From Promethearchaeota archaeon (GTDB lineage: Archaea > Asgardarchaeota > Lokiarchaeia > Sigyniarchaeales > SOKP01), in NCBI GenBank assembly GCA_048937405.1, contig JBHLNF010000008.1, positions 1 to 64,000 of the forward strand: a stretch of DNA of 64,000 nt, read 5' to 3'. The notes beneath the pieces were generated by a model. It was not told the origin of the DNA, made no database searches, and saw nothing but the letters and a program-made list of their open reading frames with translations. Shown here piece after piece: positions 39,352 through 50,021 of this stretch. Position 1 is the stretch's first letter, and each line of letters starts with the position of its first letter. The translations under genes were made by a program, and so were the position numbers.

Positions 39352-40278
39352 ATGAATGAGCAGTATCGAGAACGATTTATTAGCAATAAAATCAATGAAG
39401 AAAAATTACCTCAAAATATTTGTTGTGATAATCCTTTTATTGAATCTCGAGATGGGAATAAAGTTTGTTTAAATTGTGGAATTATATTTGAACGTACATT
39501 CGTAGGAAATGAGAGACGAGCTTACACTATAGAAGAAATACAAAATAGACGTAGAACAGAACCACGATGGAGAGATTTTGGGCCCCGGACTATGCTACCA
39601 AATACCAAAACGGATAGTAAAGGTAAATCAATAGGTGCTAAAGAACAAGCACTTTTTTCTCGACTTTCAAAAATTCAGAATTCATTAATTTCAAGTATAG
39701 AAAGGAATTTTTGGGAAGCGAAACCAAAATTAAAAATGTTAACTTCTAAATTAAATATACCAGAATATATTGCAGAGACGGCTTGGAAAATTTATAGTAT
39801 CGTTGCAAAAAAGAAATTAACTATGGGTAGATCAATTAATGGTTTTATTTCTGGATCTTTATATGCTGCTATTCGCGTCCATGATTTTCCACGATTATTA
39901 GATGAGATATGTGAAGCCTCATTAACACCACGACGAACTGTCCATAGAAGTTTAGCAATGATTATTCGTGAAGTGCTTCCTGAATTAAATTTAAGATATC
40001 AGCCTATAACTGCTGAATCACTAGTATTCCGTTTTGGAAATGAGCTAGATTTACCTATTAAAATACAAAAAAATGCTATTAATATGTTAAGAGATGCTTC
40101 AAAAAACGGATTGAAGCGAACTGGTAAAGATCCAAAGGGTTTAGCAGCAGCATGTATATATATTGCGGCAAAAAATGGGTGTATTCGGAAAACACAGTCT
40201 AAAGTAGCTGATGTAGCCAAAATTACAGAGGTTACCCTTAGATCTCGAGCAAAACAAATAAAAAGTAAATTATCCTAA
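39352..40278 (+). CDS. tfb: Transcription initiation factor IIB (TFB)
   Basis: Zn ribbon ending in CLNCG, ERRAY B-reader region, two cyclin repeats (MGRS, GKDPKGLAAACIYIA), TQSKVADVAKITEVTLR HTH. Confidence 0.93.
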   Translation: MNEQYRERFISNKINEEKLPQNICCDNPFIESRDGNKVCLNCGIIFERTFVGNERRAYTIEEIQNRRRTEPRWRDFGPRTMLPNTKTDSKGKSIGAKEQALFSRLSKIQNSLISSIERNFWEAKPKLKMLTSKLNIPEYIAETAWKIYSIVAKKKLTMGRSINGFISGSLYAAIRVHDFPRLLDEICEASLTPRRTVHRSLAMIIREVLPELNLRYQPITAESLVFRFGNELDLPIKIQKNAINMLRDASKNGLKRTGKDPKGLAAACIYIAAKNGCIRKTQSKVADVAKITEVTLRSRAKQIKSKLS

Positions 40279-40296
40279 TTTTATTTTTTAAAAATT

Positions 40297-40860
40297 TTAT
40301 CTATTAATTTTTAACTCTTCTTCTTGTAAAAGAGTCCACTTTATACCAATTCCAGTTACACACAAACCAATGATTAAAGTATAACAGTTTATTGAAATGA
40401 AAATTATCCATAAAATGGCAGGAAAAATTGGAGTAATGTTTGAGTCATATAGGGCAGTTTGAAAACGAATTGAATCAGAAATCATTTTAATTCTGATTTT
40501 TCCTAAAAGGACTAAAAAATCCATTTTAACAAAACCACCTAATAAAATAACCATCCCTATAATAATCATATACTTTGCCAGTGCCCAACTTTCAAAACTT
40601 TTTGATATAATTATTTTATACATAAAAATTCCCAGAATTAAGTAACTAACCATTGCAATAATTAAAAAAACCCATAGTAGAGTTCCAGACAGGGAAATCA
40701 TATCAGAGATATATATAAATTCGGATAATAAAAGTGAATCACCATCAAGATTGAATGGTGCGAAATGTATCACAATGAAAAATACAATTTCAGCTAAAGA
40801 GATGATTATAAATGTCAAACCAACGATTTGAAGAAATTTAAGAATTTTATCATGTTTCAT
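40297..40860 (-). CDS. Hypothetical membrane protein (4 TM)
   Basis: Four hydrophobic segments. Confidence 0.65.
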   Translation of the reverse strand: MKHDKILKFLQIVGLTFIIISLAEIVFFIVIHFAPFNLDGDSLLLSEFIYISDMISLSGTLLWVFLIIAMVSYLILGIFMYKIIISKSFESWALAKYMIIIGMVILLGGFVKMDFLVLLGKIRIKMISDSIRFQTALYDSNITPIFPAILWIIFISINCYTLIIGLCVTGIGIKWTLLQEEELKINR

Positions 40861-41015
40861 TTTTATATCACTTAAACACTATGAAAAAGCAATAAAATTT
40901 TTTATTTTATTACTTTTATACTTATTATTGTTTTTGAAATTAATATAAATTTTTAATATTATTGTTTTTTACCAAATTCAGTTTTGAAAAATAATTAGAT
41001 TAGATTGGTTTATAA

Positions 41016-41987
41016 TTGAAAAAAAAGGCAAACTTAGATTCGGAAATTTCAGTGTGTTCTCATCAAAATGTTAAAAAGGATAGTGGATTTTATGTATGTC
41101 AGGATTGCGGTTTAATCATGGAAGATAATTTGGCATTTGAAGAAACTGTACCTTTCAGTGAATACTTTACAGATTCACAGAGAGAGTATGAACGACGAAT
41201 CCGAATTGGTGATTCAAAAGCTCTCCAAGATCCAATAATAAAAGAAAAATATGATCGAATTAAAACTCTTGAGAAATGGTTTAGAGATTATAAATCTGAT
41301 TTTACGGAACAAAAGAAAACAATTGAGTTATTAAAAGGGCATGGTATTGGATTAAATATCGATCAAGTAAAATATGCAGGGATTAAAGATAGATATTTGA
41401 AGTATAATAAATATCACCGACATAATTATCAAAACACGGTGATAATCTTTCTTGCAATTGTGTGGATGGAGATAAAAGATACGACAAATATCCGAATCGA
41501 AGCATATATTGATGTATCCAAAAAATTGGGGCATAAGATAAATAAAAAAATGCTAAATAACGCAATGTTAAAAGTAAAACGGACTGAAAATATGTTAAAA
41601 AGTAAAAAAACTATTTTAGATATAGAGAAAGAAATTAAAAACCGAATAAAAATTGTATTCCAAAAAGATTTAAACAATATACCTCATAACAAAATCCAAG
41701 AAAATATACCTGATAAAGAAGAATACGAAAAAATTAAAATGGAAATGCTGTTGTTAGTTGATATAATTCTTAATAAAATCTCATATAAACATATTCAAAA
41801 CCGAAATTATAAGGCATTTACGGCGGGATTGATGTATTATATTGGTCAGACTCTCGATAATAGAAAAATTTTTACCCAAAGTTTGATTGAAGAAGCAACA
41901 AAATTTTCAAGTACTACTATTAGAAAAAAATTTCATGTTTTAAAAGATCTAATAGGAGATCCTGAGATGCTTAGAGTAAAAATATGA
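41016..41987 (+). CDS. Divergent TFB-like protein
   Basis: CSH...YVCQDCG Zn ribbon; C-terminal AGLMYYIG...FTQSLIEEATKFSSTTIRKK cyclin/HTH-like repeat; first repeat degenerate. Confidence 0.7.
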   Translation: MKKKANLDSEISVCSHQNVKKDSGFYVCQDCGLIMEDNLAFEETVPFSEYFTDSQREYERRIRIGDSKALQDPIIKEKYDRIKTLEKWFRDYKSDFTEQKKTIELLKGHGIGLNIDQVKYAGIKDRYLKYNKYHRHNYQNTVIIFLAIVWMEIKDTTNIRIEAYIDVSKKLGHKINKKMLNNAMLKVKRTENMLKSKKTILDIEKEIKNRIKIVFQKDLNNIPHNKIQENIPDKEEYEKIKMEMLLLVDIILNKISYKHIQNRNYKAFTAGLMYYIGQTLDNRKIFTQSLIEEATKFSSTTIRKKFHVLKDLIGDPEMLRVKI

Positions 41988-42075
41988 GAATTTTTCTCAT
42001 CAGTCTAAATCATTAATAAGTATTGAAATAATAATATATAATATTTAAATTAGAATCATAGTTAAAATTATTAAG

Positions 42076-44955
42076 ATGTCATCATTAGAGAAAAAAGAGA
42101 ACTCTTACTATTATAATCAACCAATTGAAAAGTTAATTAAAACTTTCAATACTGATATTAATCATGGTATAAATTCTTCTGAATTATATGAGAGACATCT
42201 AAAATATGGATATAATGAAATATCGAGAATTAAAAAATCTATATGGAAGATTTATCTAGCACCAATTTTTAATTTTTTAATCGTAATTTTATTAGTAACT
42301 GCAATTATAGTAGCTATTTTAGGCTCGATTGGGGATACTGTTATAACTTTTAGTGTAATTGTTATCAATTCTGCTACAGCTATAATCCAACAATTTAGGG
42401 CTCAAAAAGCTTTAGAATCTCTTAGAGAAATTTCAGGTTTAAAAGCAAATATTCTACGGGATGGTAATCAATATGAAATTGTTACGAGAGAATTAATTCC
42501 CGGGGATATTGTTATACTTGAACAAGGAGATAAAATACCAGCTGATGGGAGAATAATAGAAGAAATGAATTTAACTATTGATGAAGCTCCATTAACAGGT
42601 GAAAGTGAACCCGTAGAAAAAAATAATAAACTTATAGAAGAAATGGAAATAACAATTCAAAAGCAATCAAACATGGTATTTATGGGTACATATGTTCAAA
42701 CTGGTCGAGCAAAAGAATTGGTAACTGGAATTGGAATGAATACAGAAATTGGAAAAATCTCTCAAACCTTAAATGAAATGGGTAGTATTGAAGATATTCC
42801 ACTAACTAGAAAGTTAAATAGACTCGGGTACATCTTAGGGACCTTAGTAATAATAAATTTAATTATTTTAATAATTTATAAATTTTCATGGCTTTTAATT
42901 CAAAAAAATTTCATTGAAAGCCAAATTATTGATGCATTAGTGGATTCTATATTAAGAGCGATGAATATTGTTCCTATTAATTTACCATTATTATCTACTT
43001 TAGTCCTAATCACTGGAGTTTTGACAATGGCACAAACAGGAGTTATAGTCAAAAATTTATCCGCAATAGAATCTCTTGGACGAGTATCTGTTATATGTTC
43101 AGATAAAACTGGTACTATAACAAAAAATGAGATGACTGTTGAAAAATTTTGGGTAAATGAAAAAGAATATGATGTTACTGGTTCTGGGTATGATGCAGAA
43201 GGAGAAATTTTAAAAAGTGGTAATCCAATTGGACTAGATAATAATTCTACATTTCAAATGTTTATTGATTCTATCGTTGTGAATAATAATGCGAGTCTTA
43301 TATTTGAGGATGTAAGGGTAAAATTAAGAGATCTAAAAGAAAAAGCAATAAGGAAAGCATTAGGATCACCTACAGAAGCTGCATTATTGGTATTAGCTGA
43401 AAAAGCTGGTTACTTTACATATGATATCAAAAAAAAATATGAAATATCTGCTGAATATTCTTTTAGTTCTGAATTCAAAAGGATGACGTCAATTTGTAAG
43501 CTGGTTTCGGATAATTCAACTATTTATGCCTTTTCTAAAGGAGCACCTGAAAGAATTTTGAAAATTTCCTCTCAAATTGAAATAAATGGTACTCTCAAAT
43601 CTTTTGATGTTGAGTATAAAACCCAAATTTCTGATAAAATAGACGAACAAGCCAAAAAAGGATTTAGGACATTAGCAATAGCATATAAAAGATTAAATTC
43701 AAGTATTAATGAAAAAAGAGAAGAAGTTGAGAGAGATTTAATCTTTTTAGGATTTGTCTCAATTATGGATCCACCTCGAGAAAATGTTAAAGAATCAATA
43801 GAAATTTGCAAAAAAGGTGGTATAAAAGTAATAATGATTACTGGTGATCATCCTGCTACAGCTCAAACAGTAGCTTCTCAAATGGGTATCTTTTCTGAAG
43901 AAAACTTAGTCGCAACTGGAGATCAAATTAAAAATATGAATCTATCAGAGTTTAATAAAACCACGGTTTTCGCTCGTGTAGAGCCAACTGATAAAGAGAT
44001 TATTGTTAGAAACTATCAAAATCAAGATTATATATGCGCTATGACAGGGGATGGGATAAATGATGCACCTGCATTGAAATTAGCTAATGCGGGAATCGCA
44101 ATGGGAATAACAGGAACGGACCTTGCTAAAGAGGCTTCGGACATGGTAATTACAGATGATAATTTTGTATCTATTAAGCAAGGTGTTAAAATTGGAAGAG
44201 GAATATTCGCAAAAATAAGAACGATTATTTTTTTCTTTATTTGTACAAATATAATGGAAGGAATCATCTTTTTTGGTTTTGAAATGCTTCAACCATTTAC
44301 TGGATTTGAATTGTTCTCTTCAAATTGGCAACATATCTATATTTTTGGAATCTTGCATTCTTTTCCATCCTTAGCATTAGTTTTAGATATTCATCCAAAA
44401 GACATCATGAATAATCCCCCTAGAAATGAAGAAGAATTATTGAATAAGAATTTATGGCTATTCTTATTAGTTCAAGCTTTTCTTGGAGGTCTAGGTTTAA
44501 TTTTAGCATTACAATTGACTTTAAGTGGTTTAATTCCCTTGAATTCTTGGAATCTAAATGATTCATTAAGCTATTTGCCAACTGGAGCAACTGAAATAGA
44601 TATGCTACATATGAAAGCAAGAACTATGTTTATAACAACAATTTATATCTTTGAATCATTTTTCATTTGGACGTTTAGACGTCCAAACAAATCATTATAT
44701 AAGAGTTTGAAGGAAGAAATTAGTTATACCTTATTGCTTATTTGTATTTTTACATTAGGTTTACATATTCTTTTTATATGCTTTTCTTACACAGTTAATT
44801 ATTACGTAAATGATATACTTGCGTTAGACTTACAAATTAACTTCATTTTCCTTAGCGGAACAGATTGGATAATATGCTTTTTACTTACCATGCCTGGTAT
44901 ATTAGGAATTGAACTATTTAAATACTTAGCAAGAGATAGGCAAATTTATTTTTAA
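42076..44955 (+). CDS. P-type ATPase, P2-like scaffold with atypical transport site, copy 1
   Basis: TGES, DKTGT, KGAPE, DPPR, MITGD, TGDGIND; M4 motif PINLP. Confidence 0.93.
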   Translation: MSSLEKKENSYYYNQPIEKLIKTFNTDINHGINSSELYERHLKYGYNEISRIKKSIWKIYLAPIFNFLIVILLVTAIIVAILGSIGDTVITFSVIVINSATAIIQQFRAQKALESLREISGLKANILRDGNQYEIVTRELIPGDIVILEQGDKIPADGRIIEEMNLTIDEAPLTGESEPVEKNNKLIEEMEITIQKQSNMVFMGTYVQTGRAKELVTGIGMNTEIGKISQTLNEMGSIEDIPLTRKLNRLGYILGTLVIINLIILIIYKFSWLLIQKNFIESQIIDALVDSILRAMNIVPINLPLLSTLVLITGVLTMAQTGVIVKNLSAIESLGRVSVICSDKTGTITKNEMTVEKFWVNEKEYDVTGSGYDAEGEILKSGNPIGLDNNSTFQMFIDSIVVNNNASLIFEDVRVKLRDLKEKAIRKALGSPTEAALLVLAEKAGYFTYDIKKKYEISAEYSFSSEFKRMTSICKLVSDNSTIYAFSKGAPERILKISSQIEINGTLKSFDVEYKTQISDKIDEQAKKGFRTLAIAYKRLNSSINEKREEVERDLIFLGFVSIMDPPRENVKESIEICKKGGIKVIMITGDHPATAQTVASQMGIFSEENLVATGDQIKNMNLSEFNKTTVFARVEPTDKEIIVRNYQNQDYICAMTGDGINDAPALKLANAGIAMGITGTDLAKEASDMVITDDNFVSIKQGVKIGRGIFAKIRTIIFFFICTNIMEGIIFFGFEMLQPFTGFELFSSNWQHIYIFGILHSFPSLALVLDIHPKDIMNNPPRNEEELLNKNLWLFLLVQAFLGGLGLILALQLTLSGLIPLNSWNLNDSLSYLPTGATEIDMLHMKARTMFITTIYIFESFFIWTFRRPNKSLYKSLKEEISYTLLLICIFTLGLHILFICFSYTVNYYVNDILALDLQINFIFLSGTDWIICFLLTMPGILGIELFKYLARDRQIYF

Positions 44956-45096
44956 TGAGATATTATCTTTTTCTTATCCTTTAATAATCTTATGATATCT
45001 TTAAATTAAATGATTATTATAGGTTATTTATTAAATGAATTAGAAATTAGAATTCAATTATAACTAACTATTCTTAATAATTCTGGAAGACTTAAT

Positions 45097-47973
45097 ATGG
45101 AAACTACAGATGAAAAATATTATAATATTGAATTAGAGCAAATTTATCAAAAATTTCAAACTAATTCTAAAACAGGATTAACTCAAAAAGAAGTTATTAA
45201 AAGATTAGAAAAGTATGGATATAATGAGATTCCTAAAGTATCCAAAGGATTCATTAAAATCTATTTAGCACCTCTATTTAACTGGCTTATTGTCATTTAT
45301 TTAATTGGGGCATTAATTTTATTTTTAGCATGGTTATTTGGAGGTGAGGGTGATTTAATTTTCATTTCAATTACTCTAGGAATTGTATTTTTAAATTGTT
45401 TTGTTGCTATTGTCCAGCAATATAGAGCTACAAAAAAGCTTAAAGCCTTACGTGAACTTACTGCACCTACTTCGACTATAATTAGGGATGGACAAAAACA
45501 AGATATCCCAACTAAGGAAATTGTAGTTGGAGATTTATTAATATTAAATCAAGGAGATAAAGTCCCTGCAGATGCCAGAGTTATTGAATCTTATAATTTA
45601 GTAATTAATGAAGCTTCATTAACAGGAGAATCTGAACCTGTAAGAAAATCTGAATCAGGAAGAGCATTACAAAGAAAAGATATTTCAATAGGAGAACGTA
45701 ATAATATGGTATTTTATGGAACCTACATAACTACTGGAAATGGTAAGTCTATTGTCGTCAAAACGGGAGGAAATACTGAAATTGGTAAAATTTCTCATGG
45801 TTTAGAAGAAGCAGGTACCAGTGAAATACCGATTAGAAAAAAGATGAATAATTTTGGAAAGTGGTTAGGGTTAATAACTTTTGCTTTTTGGTTTATAATA
45901 TTAATTATTCTTTGGGCCGTGAGGGGAGAAGTTAGTATTGTTGAGAGTATGAATTCTGCGCTTGATTTAATGCCAATCAATTTACCATTGCTCTCTACTA
46001 TTGTTTTGATTACAGGTGTAGTAGCTATGGCCCATCGTGGTGTTATTATAAGAAATTTGGCTTCTGTTGATAGTTTAGGTAGAGTAAGTGTTGTATGTTC
46101 AGATAAAACAGGGACACTAACGAAAAATCAAATGTCAATTCAACATGTATGGACAAATGGATCGATATTTAGAGTAACTGGTAGTGGTTATAATCCCGAA
46201 GGAGACATTATTTTAATGGATAATCCAAAAAACCCAACTTATGTGAAGCACATTAATGATTTTCCATATTTAAAGATGCTTTTAACTGCTGGATTTTTAA
46301 ATAATAACTCGGCACTAATAAAAAGCGAGATTGATATTTCAGGGAAGATAATTCCTAATTGGAATGTAGTAGGCTCACCTACTGAAGGTGCACTCATGGT
46401 TTTATTTCAAAAGGGTATGGGGGATTATCTACTTGATGACTATGAATCTATCACTGAATATCCTTTCGATTCATCATTAAAAAGAATGACTAAACTTTAT
46501 AAAAAGGATCATGCTTATTATTCTTTTACTAAGGGGGCAAGTGAAATTTTAATTCCCCAATGTACAAAAATCTTATATAACGATTCTGAAATCAATTTAA
46601 GTGAAGAAATAAAAAATAAAGTTATAGAAATTGTAAATCTATATGCTAATCAGGGATATCGAATTTTAAGTCTGTGTTATAAAATAATGGATACCATTCC
46701 ACCAGAAGGTGATAAAGGAAGAGAAATTAGTGAATCAGATATGATTTTTATAGGATTTGTAACAATACTGGATCCTCCTAGAGAAGGGGTAAAGGAATCT
46801 GTAGAACAATGCCATGAAGCAGGTGTGGATGTAGTAATGATTACTGGTGATTCCCCTTCAACAGCAAGAGCAATTGCCTCACAAATTGGGATTGTCACCA
46901 ATGAGAGTGATATGGCAATTGAGGGAAAGGATATAAAAAATTATGAATCCTATGATGAGTTTAAAAATATCAAAGTTTTTGCTCGTGTATCTCCAGAACA
47001 TAAAGAAGAAATTGTAGAAAAGTATCAAGAACAGAAAAAAGTAGTAGCGATGACCGGTGATGGTGTGAATGATGCGTTAGCATTAAATATGGCAGATGCA
47101 GGAATTGCCATGGGAATTACAGGAACTGATGTAGCTAAAGAAGCTTCTGACATGGTTATATCTGATGATTCTTTTAATTCAATAGTAATTGGTATTAACC
47201 ACGGTAGGGGGATATTCGCAAGAATCCGTGCTGTCGTATTTTTTTATATTTGTATTAATGTATTTGAAGGCCTTGTTCAATTTATACTAGCAATTATATT
47301 AGATTTACCCTATTTCTTAGATGAGAATTTCCAATTTCAATGGGTTTTTCTTTCAATAACTTTACATCTTTTTCCAGGATTGATTCTTACATTTGATACT
47401 ACTTCTGAAGATGTTATGAAAGAAAAGCCAAGAGATTCAGAAGAAATTCTCTCAAAAAATATCTTATATTTACTATTTGTATTTGGTATCTTACTTGCTA
47501 CAAGTATGGTAATAGTATATTACATTACAATTACGGGTATATATCCAGTTTCTTCTGAAAACTTAATAGAAGGTTATCTATATTATGATGAGAGCTTATT
47601 ACCAACGGATATCGATATAAATGAGATCCGAATCATTGGAAAAACCTTAACAATGATGATGTGCACTCTTTTTTTCTGTGAATCTATTCTTATATATCAG
47701 ATTAGAAGACCTAATAAATCTTTGATAAAAAGCCTTATTGAGGATCGAACTAAATTCATGTTCGCTTTAATTGGTGTTTTATATTTTATATTCCTTGCTC
47801 TGATATATATTCCTGGAGTACAAATTTTCCTAGCAGAATCATGGGGGGTCAATTTTATGTTTATGTTTTTAACGGGATTTGATTGGTTAGTATGTTTCTT
47901 GATTTCATTAATTTGCATCGTTTCTTTTGAAATCGTCAAATTTATTGCTCGAAAAAAAGGAATTACATTTTAA
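45097..47973 (+). CDS. P-type ATPase, P2-like scaffold with atypical transport site, copy 2
   Basis: TGES, DKTGT, KGASE, DPPR, MITGD, TGDGVND; M4 motif PINLP. Confidence 0.93.
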   Translation: METTDEKYYNIELEQIYQKFQTNSKTGLTQKEVIKRLEKYGYNEIPKVSKGFIKIYLAPLFNWLIVIYLIGALILFLAWLFGGEGDLIFISITLGIVFLNCFVAIVQQYRATKKLKALRELTAPTSTIIRDGQKQDIPTKEIVVGDLLILNQGDKVPADARVIESYNLVINEASLTGESEPVRKSESGRALQRKDISIGERNNMVFYGTYITTGNGKSIVVKTGGNTEIGKISHGLEEAGTSEIPIRKKMNNFGKWLGLITFAFWFIILIILWAVRGEVSIVESMNSALDLMPINLPLLSTIVLITGVVAMAHRGVIIRNLASVDSLGRVSVVCSDKTGTLTKNQMSIQHVWTNGSIFRVTGSGYNPEGDIILMDNPKNPTYVKHINDFPYLKMLLTAGFLNNNSALIKSEIDISGKIIPNWNVVGSPTEGALMVLFQKGMGDYLLDDYESITEYPFDSSLKRMTKLYKKDHAYYSFTKGASEILIPQCTKILYNDSEINLSEEIKNKVIEIVNLYANQGYRILSLCYKIMDTIPPEGDKGREISESDMIFIGFVTILDPPREGVKESVEQCHEAGVDVVMITGDSPSTARAIASQIGIVTNESDMAIEGKDIKNYESYDEFKNIKVFARVSPEHKEEIVEKYQEQKKVVAMTGDGVNDALALNMADAGIAMGITGTDVAKEASDMVISDDSFNSIVIGINHGRGIFARIRAVVFFYICINVFEGLVQFILAIILDLPYFLDENFQFQWVFLSITLHLFPGLILTFDTTSEDVMKEKPRDSEEILSKNILYLLFVFGILLATSMVIVYYITITGIYPVSSENLIEGYLYYDESLLPTDIDINEIRIIGKTLTMMMCTLFFCESILIYQIRRPNKSLIKSLIEDRTKFMFALIGVLYFIFLALIYIPGVQIFLAESWGVNFMFMFLTGFDWLVCFLISLICIVSFEIVKFIARKKGITF

Positions 47974-48039
47974 GATTTTCATTCTTTTCCTTATTTTTCT
48001 TTAGATAATTTTTTATTTTAAACTTGATTTCTTTACTCT

Positions 48040-48585
48040 ATGCTGGGAAGAATGCGGGTTAAATTAGGACCTATTAAAAGAGAATATATCGATTCATTTC
48101 TCAAATGGTTTAATGATCCAGAAATTACTCAATATCTAATAATGTACCGTCCAATGACTAGGATGGCTGAAGAAGATTGGATTGAGAACCTTAAAGAAAA
48201 TGATGATGATATCCATTTTTCTATTGTTGTTTTCCATGAAGATGATCCTGAAAAGTTAATTGGAAATTGTGGATTACACAAAATTAATTGGAAAGATAGG
48301 ATTGCTGAAGTTGGAATTGTTATTGGAGAAAAAGAATATCAAAATAAGGGATATGGAACTGAAGCGTTGGATATTTTATTAGAATACGGCTTTGACACGG
48401 TTAATTTAAATCGAATCGAATTATATGTTTATGAATATAATACTAGAGCCATAAAATCCTATAAAAAGGTAGGATTTGTTGAAGAAGGACGAAAAAGACA
48501 ATTTATTTGGCATAAAGGAAAATATTATGATACTATATTGATGAGTATCTTAGCAGAAGAGTGGTATGGAAAAAAAAAATCATAA
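48040..48585 (+). CDS. RimJ/RimL-family GNAT acetyltransferase
   Basis: AEVGIVIG...QNKGYGTEA, NTRAIKSYKKVGF. Confidence 0.9.
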   Translation: MLGRMRVKLGPIKREYIDSFLKWFNDPEITQYLIMYRPMTRMAEEDWIENLKENDDDIHFSIVVFHEDDPEKLIGNCGLHKINWKDRIAEVGIVIGEKEYQNKGYGTEALDILLEYGFDTVNLNRIELYVYEYNTRAIKSYKKVGFVEEGRKRQFIWHKGKYYDTILMSILAEEWYGKKKS

Positions 48586-48677
48586 TAAAATACACTAGTT
48601 AATTTTTAGAATAATCTAATATTTATAGTATTTAATATTCAAATTAATATAATAGAATCATAAGTTAGTGAAATTAG

Positions 48678-49991
48678 ATGAATAAACCAATTGTATCTAT
48701 TGTTAAGTATGAGAAACCATTAGAATCTGTTCGAAAAGTAATTGAGATGGCAAAATTATTCGAAAATTTGCCAAAAAATGCAAAAGTAATCATCAAACCT
48801 AATATAGTATATTGGAATCTTTACCCTCATCCAAAATGGGGTTGCATTACTACCTCTCGAGTAATGGAAGATGTTATATTCTTACTAAAAGAGCATGGAA
48901 TTACTGATATATCTATTGGTGAAGGATTTAGTGATGATGAACATGCTGAAGATGCTTTTAATAAGTTAGGTTATAATAATCTTAAGGAAAGATATGGTGT
49001 AAAATTAATTAATACAAGTTCTCGTCCCTTTAAGAAAATAGATATGGGGTGTGATTTTTTAGTTAATTTCAGTTCAGATGCTCTTGAAGCAGATTATATA
49101 ATTGATCTTCCTGTATTAAAAACTCATTCTCAAGCCGTTGTAAGTCTTGGAATCAAAAATTTAAAAGGTTATATAAGTATACCTTCGCGTAAGAAGTTTC
49201 ATGGTGCTGATCCTATTAAGAATTTGCATTTTAATGTCGCTAAATTAGCAAATAACATCCCTCCTTGTTTAACTGTCATTGATGGAATTTACACACTTGA
49301 AAGAGGTCCTACTCTTGATGGAAAAGCTCATAGAAGTAACATTTTAGTTGCTTCTACAGATATCCTTTCTGCTGATCTTGTTGGTACCAAATTATTAGAT
49401 ATAGAACCCTCGATAGTACCTCATTTAGTTCAAGCCGCCAAAGATAGAAATAGAACCACTTCTTTATCTGAAATTGAAATTGTAGGAGAAAAAATTGAAG
49501 ATCTTGCAACTCCTCATGAGTGGGATTATATATACAATGAAGCAGGTGATTTACCTTTACCATTTGAACGTAGAGGCTTTGAAGGAATAAAATATCGTAA
49601 ATATGATACGACAATGTGCACGTATTGTTCTGGTATCAACGGCATCTTACTCGTTCTACTAATGAATGCTTGGCAAGCTAATGAAGGTAAACCTTTTGAT
49701 AATCTTGAGTTTTTAACAGGTAAGGTTATGGAACCTTCACCAGGGGTTAATAAAACAATATTAGTGGGACAATGTCAATATAACTTAAATAAGGATAATC
49801 CAATAATTAATGAAATGATACCTATCAGGGGTTGTCCTCCTTCCTTGGATGACGTTAAAGAGGCTTTTGTAAATTGTGGTATAAAAATTAATCCTGAGGT
49901 AATTGACAACTCAAGGCAAGGAGCATCATTCTTTTATCAAAAGTATAAAGGCAAACCTGAATTTGAGGAATCTTTTTATCAAATTGAATAA
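48678..49991 (+). CDS. DUF362-domain Fe-S protein
   Basis: IKPN, PVLKTH, SLGIKNLKG, IDG...ERGP; C-terminal CTYC, GQC, GCPP. Confidence 0.85.
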   Translation: MNKPIVSIVKYEKPLESVRKVIEMAKLFENLPKNAKVIIKPNIVYWNLYPHPKWGCITTSRVMEDVIFLLKEHGITDISIGEGFSDDEHAEDAFNKLGYNNLKERYGVKLINTSSRPFKKIDMGCDFLVNFSSDALEADYIIDLPVLKTHSQAVVSLGIKNLKGYISIPSRKKFHGADPIKNLHFNVAKLANNIPPCLTVIDGIYTLERGPTLDGKAHRSNILVASTDILSADLVGTKLLDIEPSIVPHLVQAAKDRNRTTSLSEIEIVGEKIEDLATPHEWDYIYNEAGDLPLPFERRGFEGIKYRKYDTTMCTYCSGINGILLVLLMNAWQANEGKPFDNLEFLTGKVMEPSPGVNKTILVGQCQYNLNKDNPIINEMIPIRGCPPSLDDVKEAFVNCGIKINPEVIDNSRQGASFFYQKYKGKPEFEESFYQIE

Positions 49992-50021
49992 TATCTATAT
50001 TATCTTAATTCTTTTTTCTAT

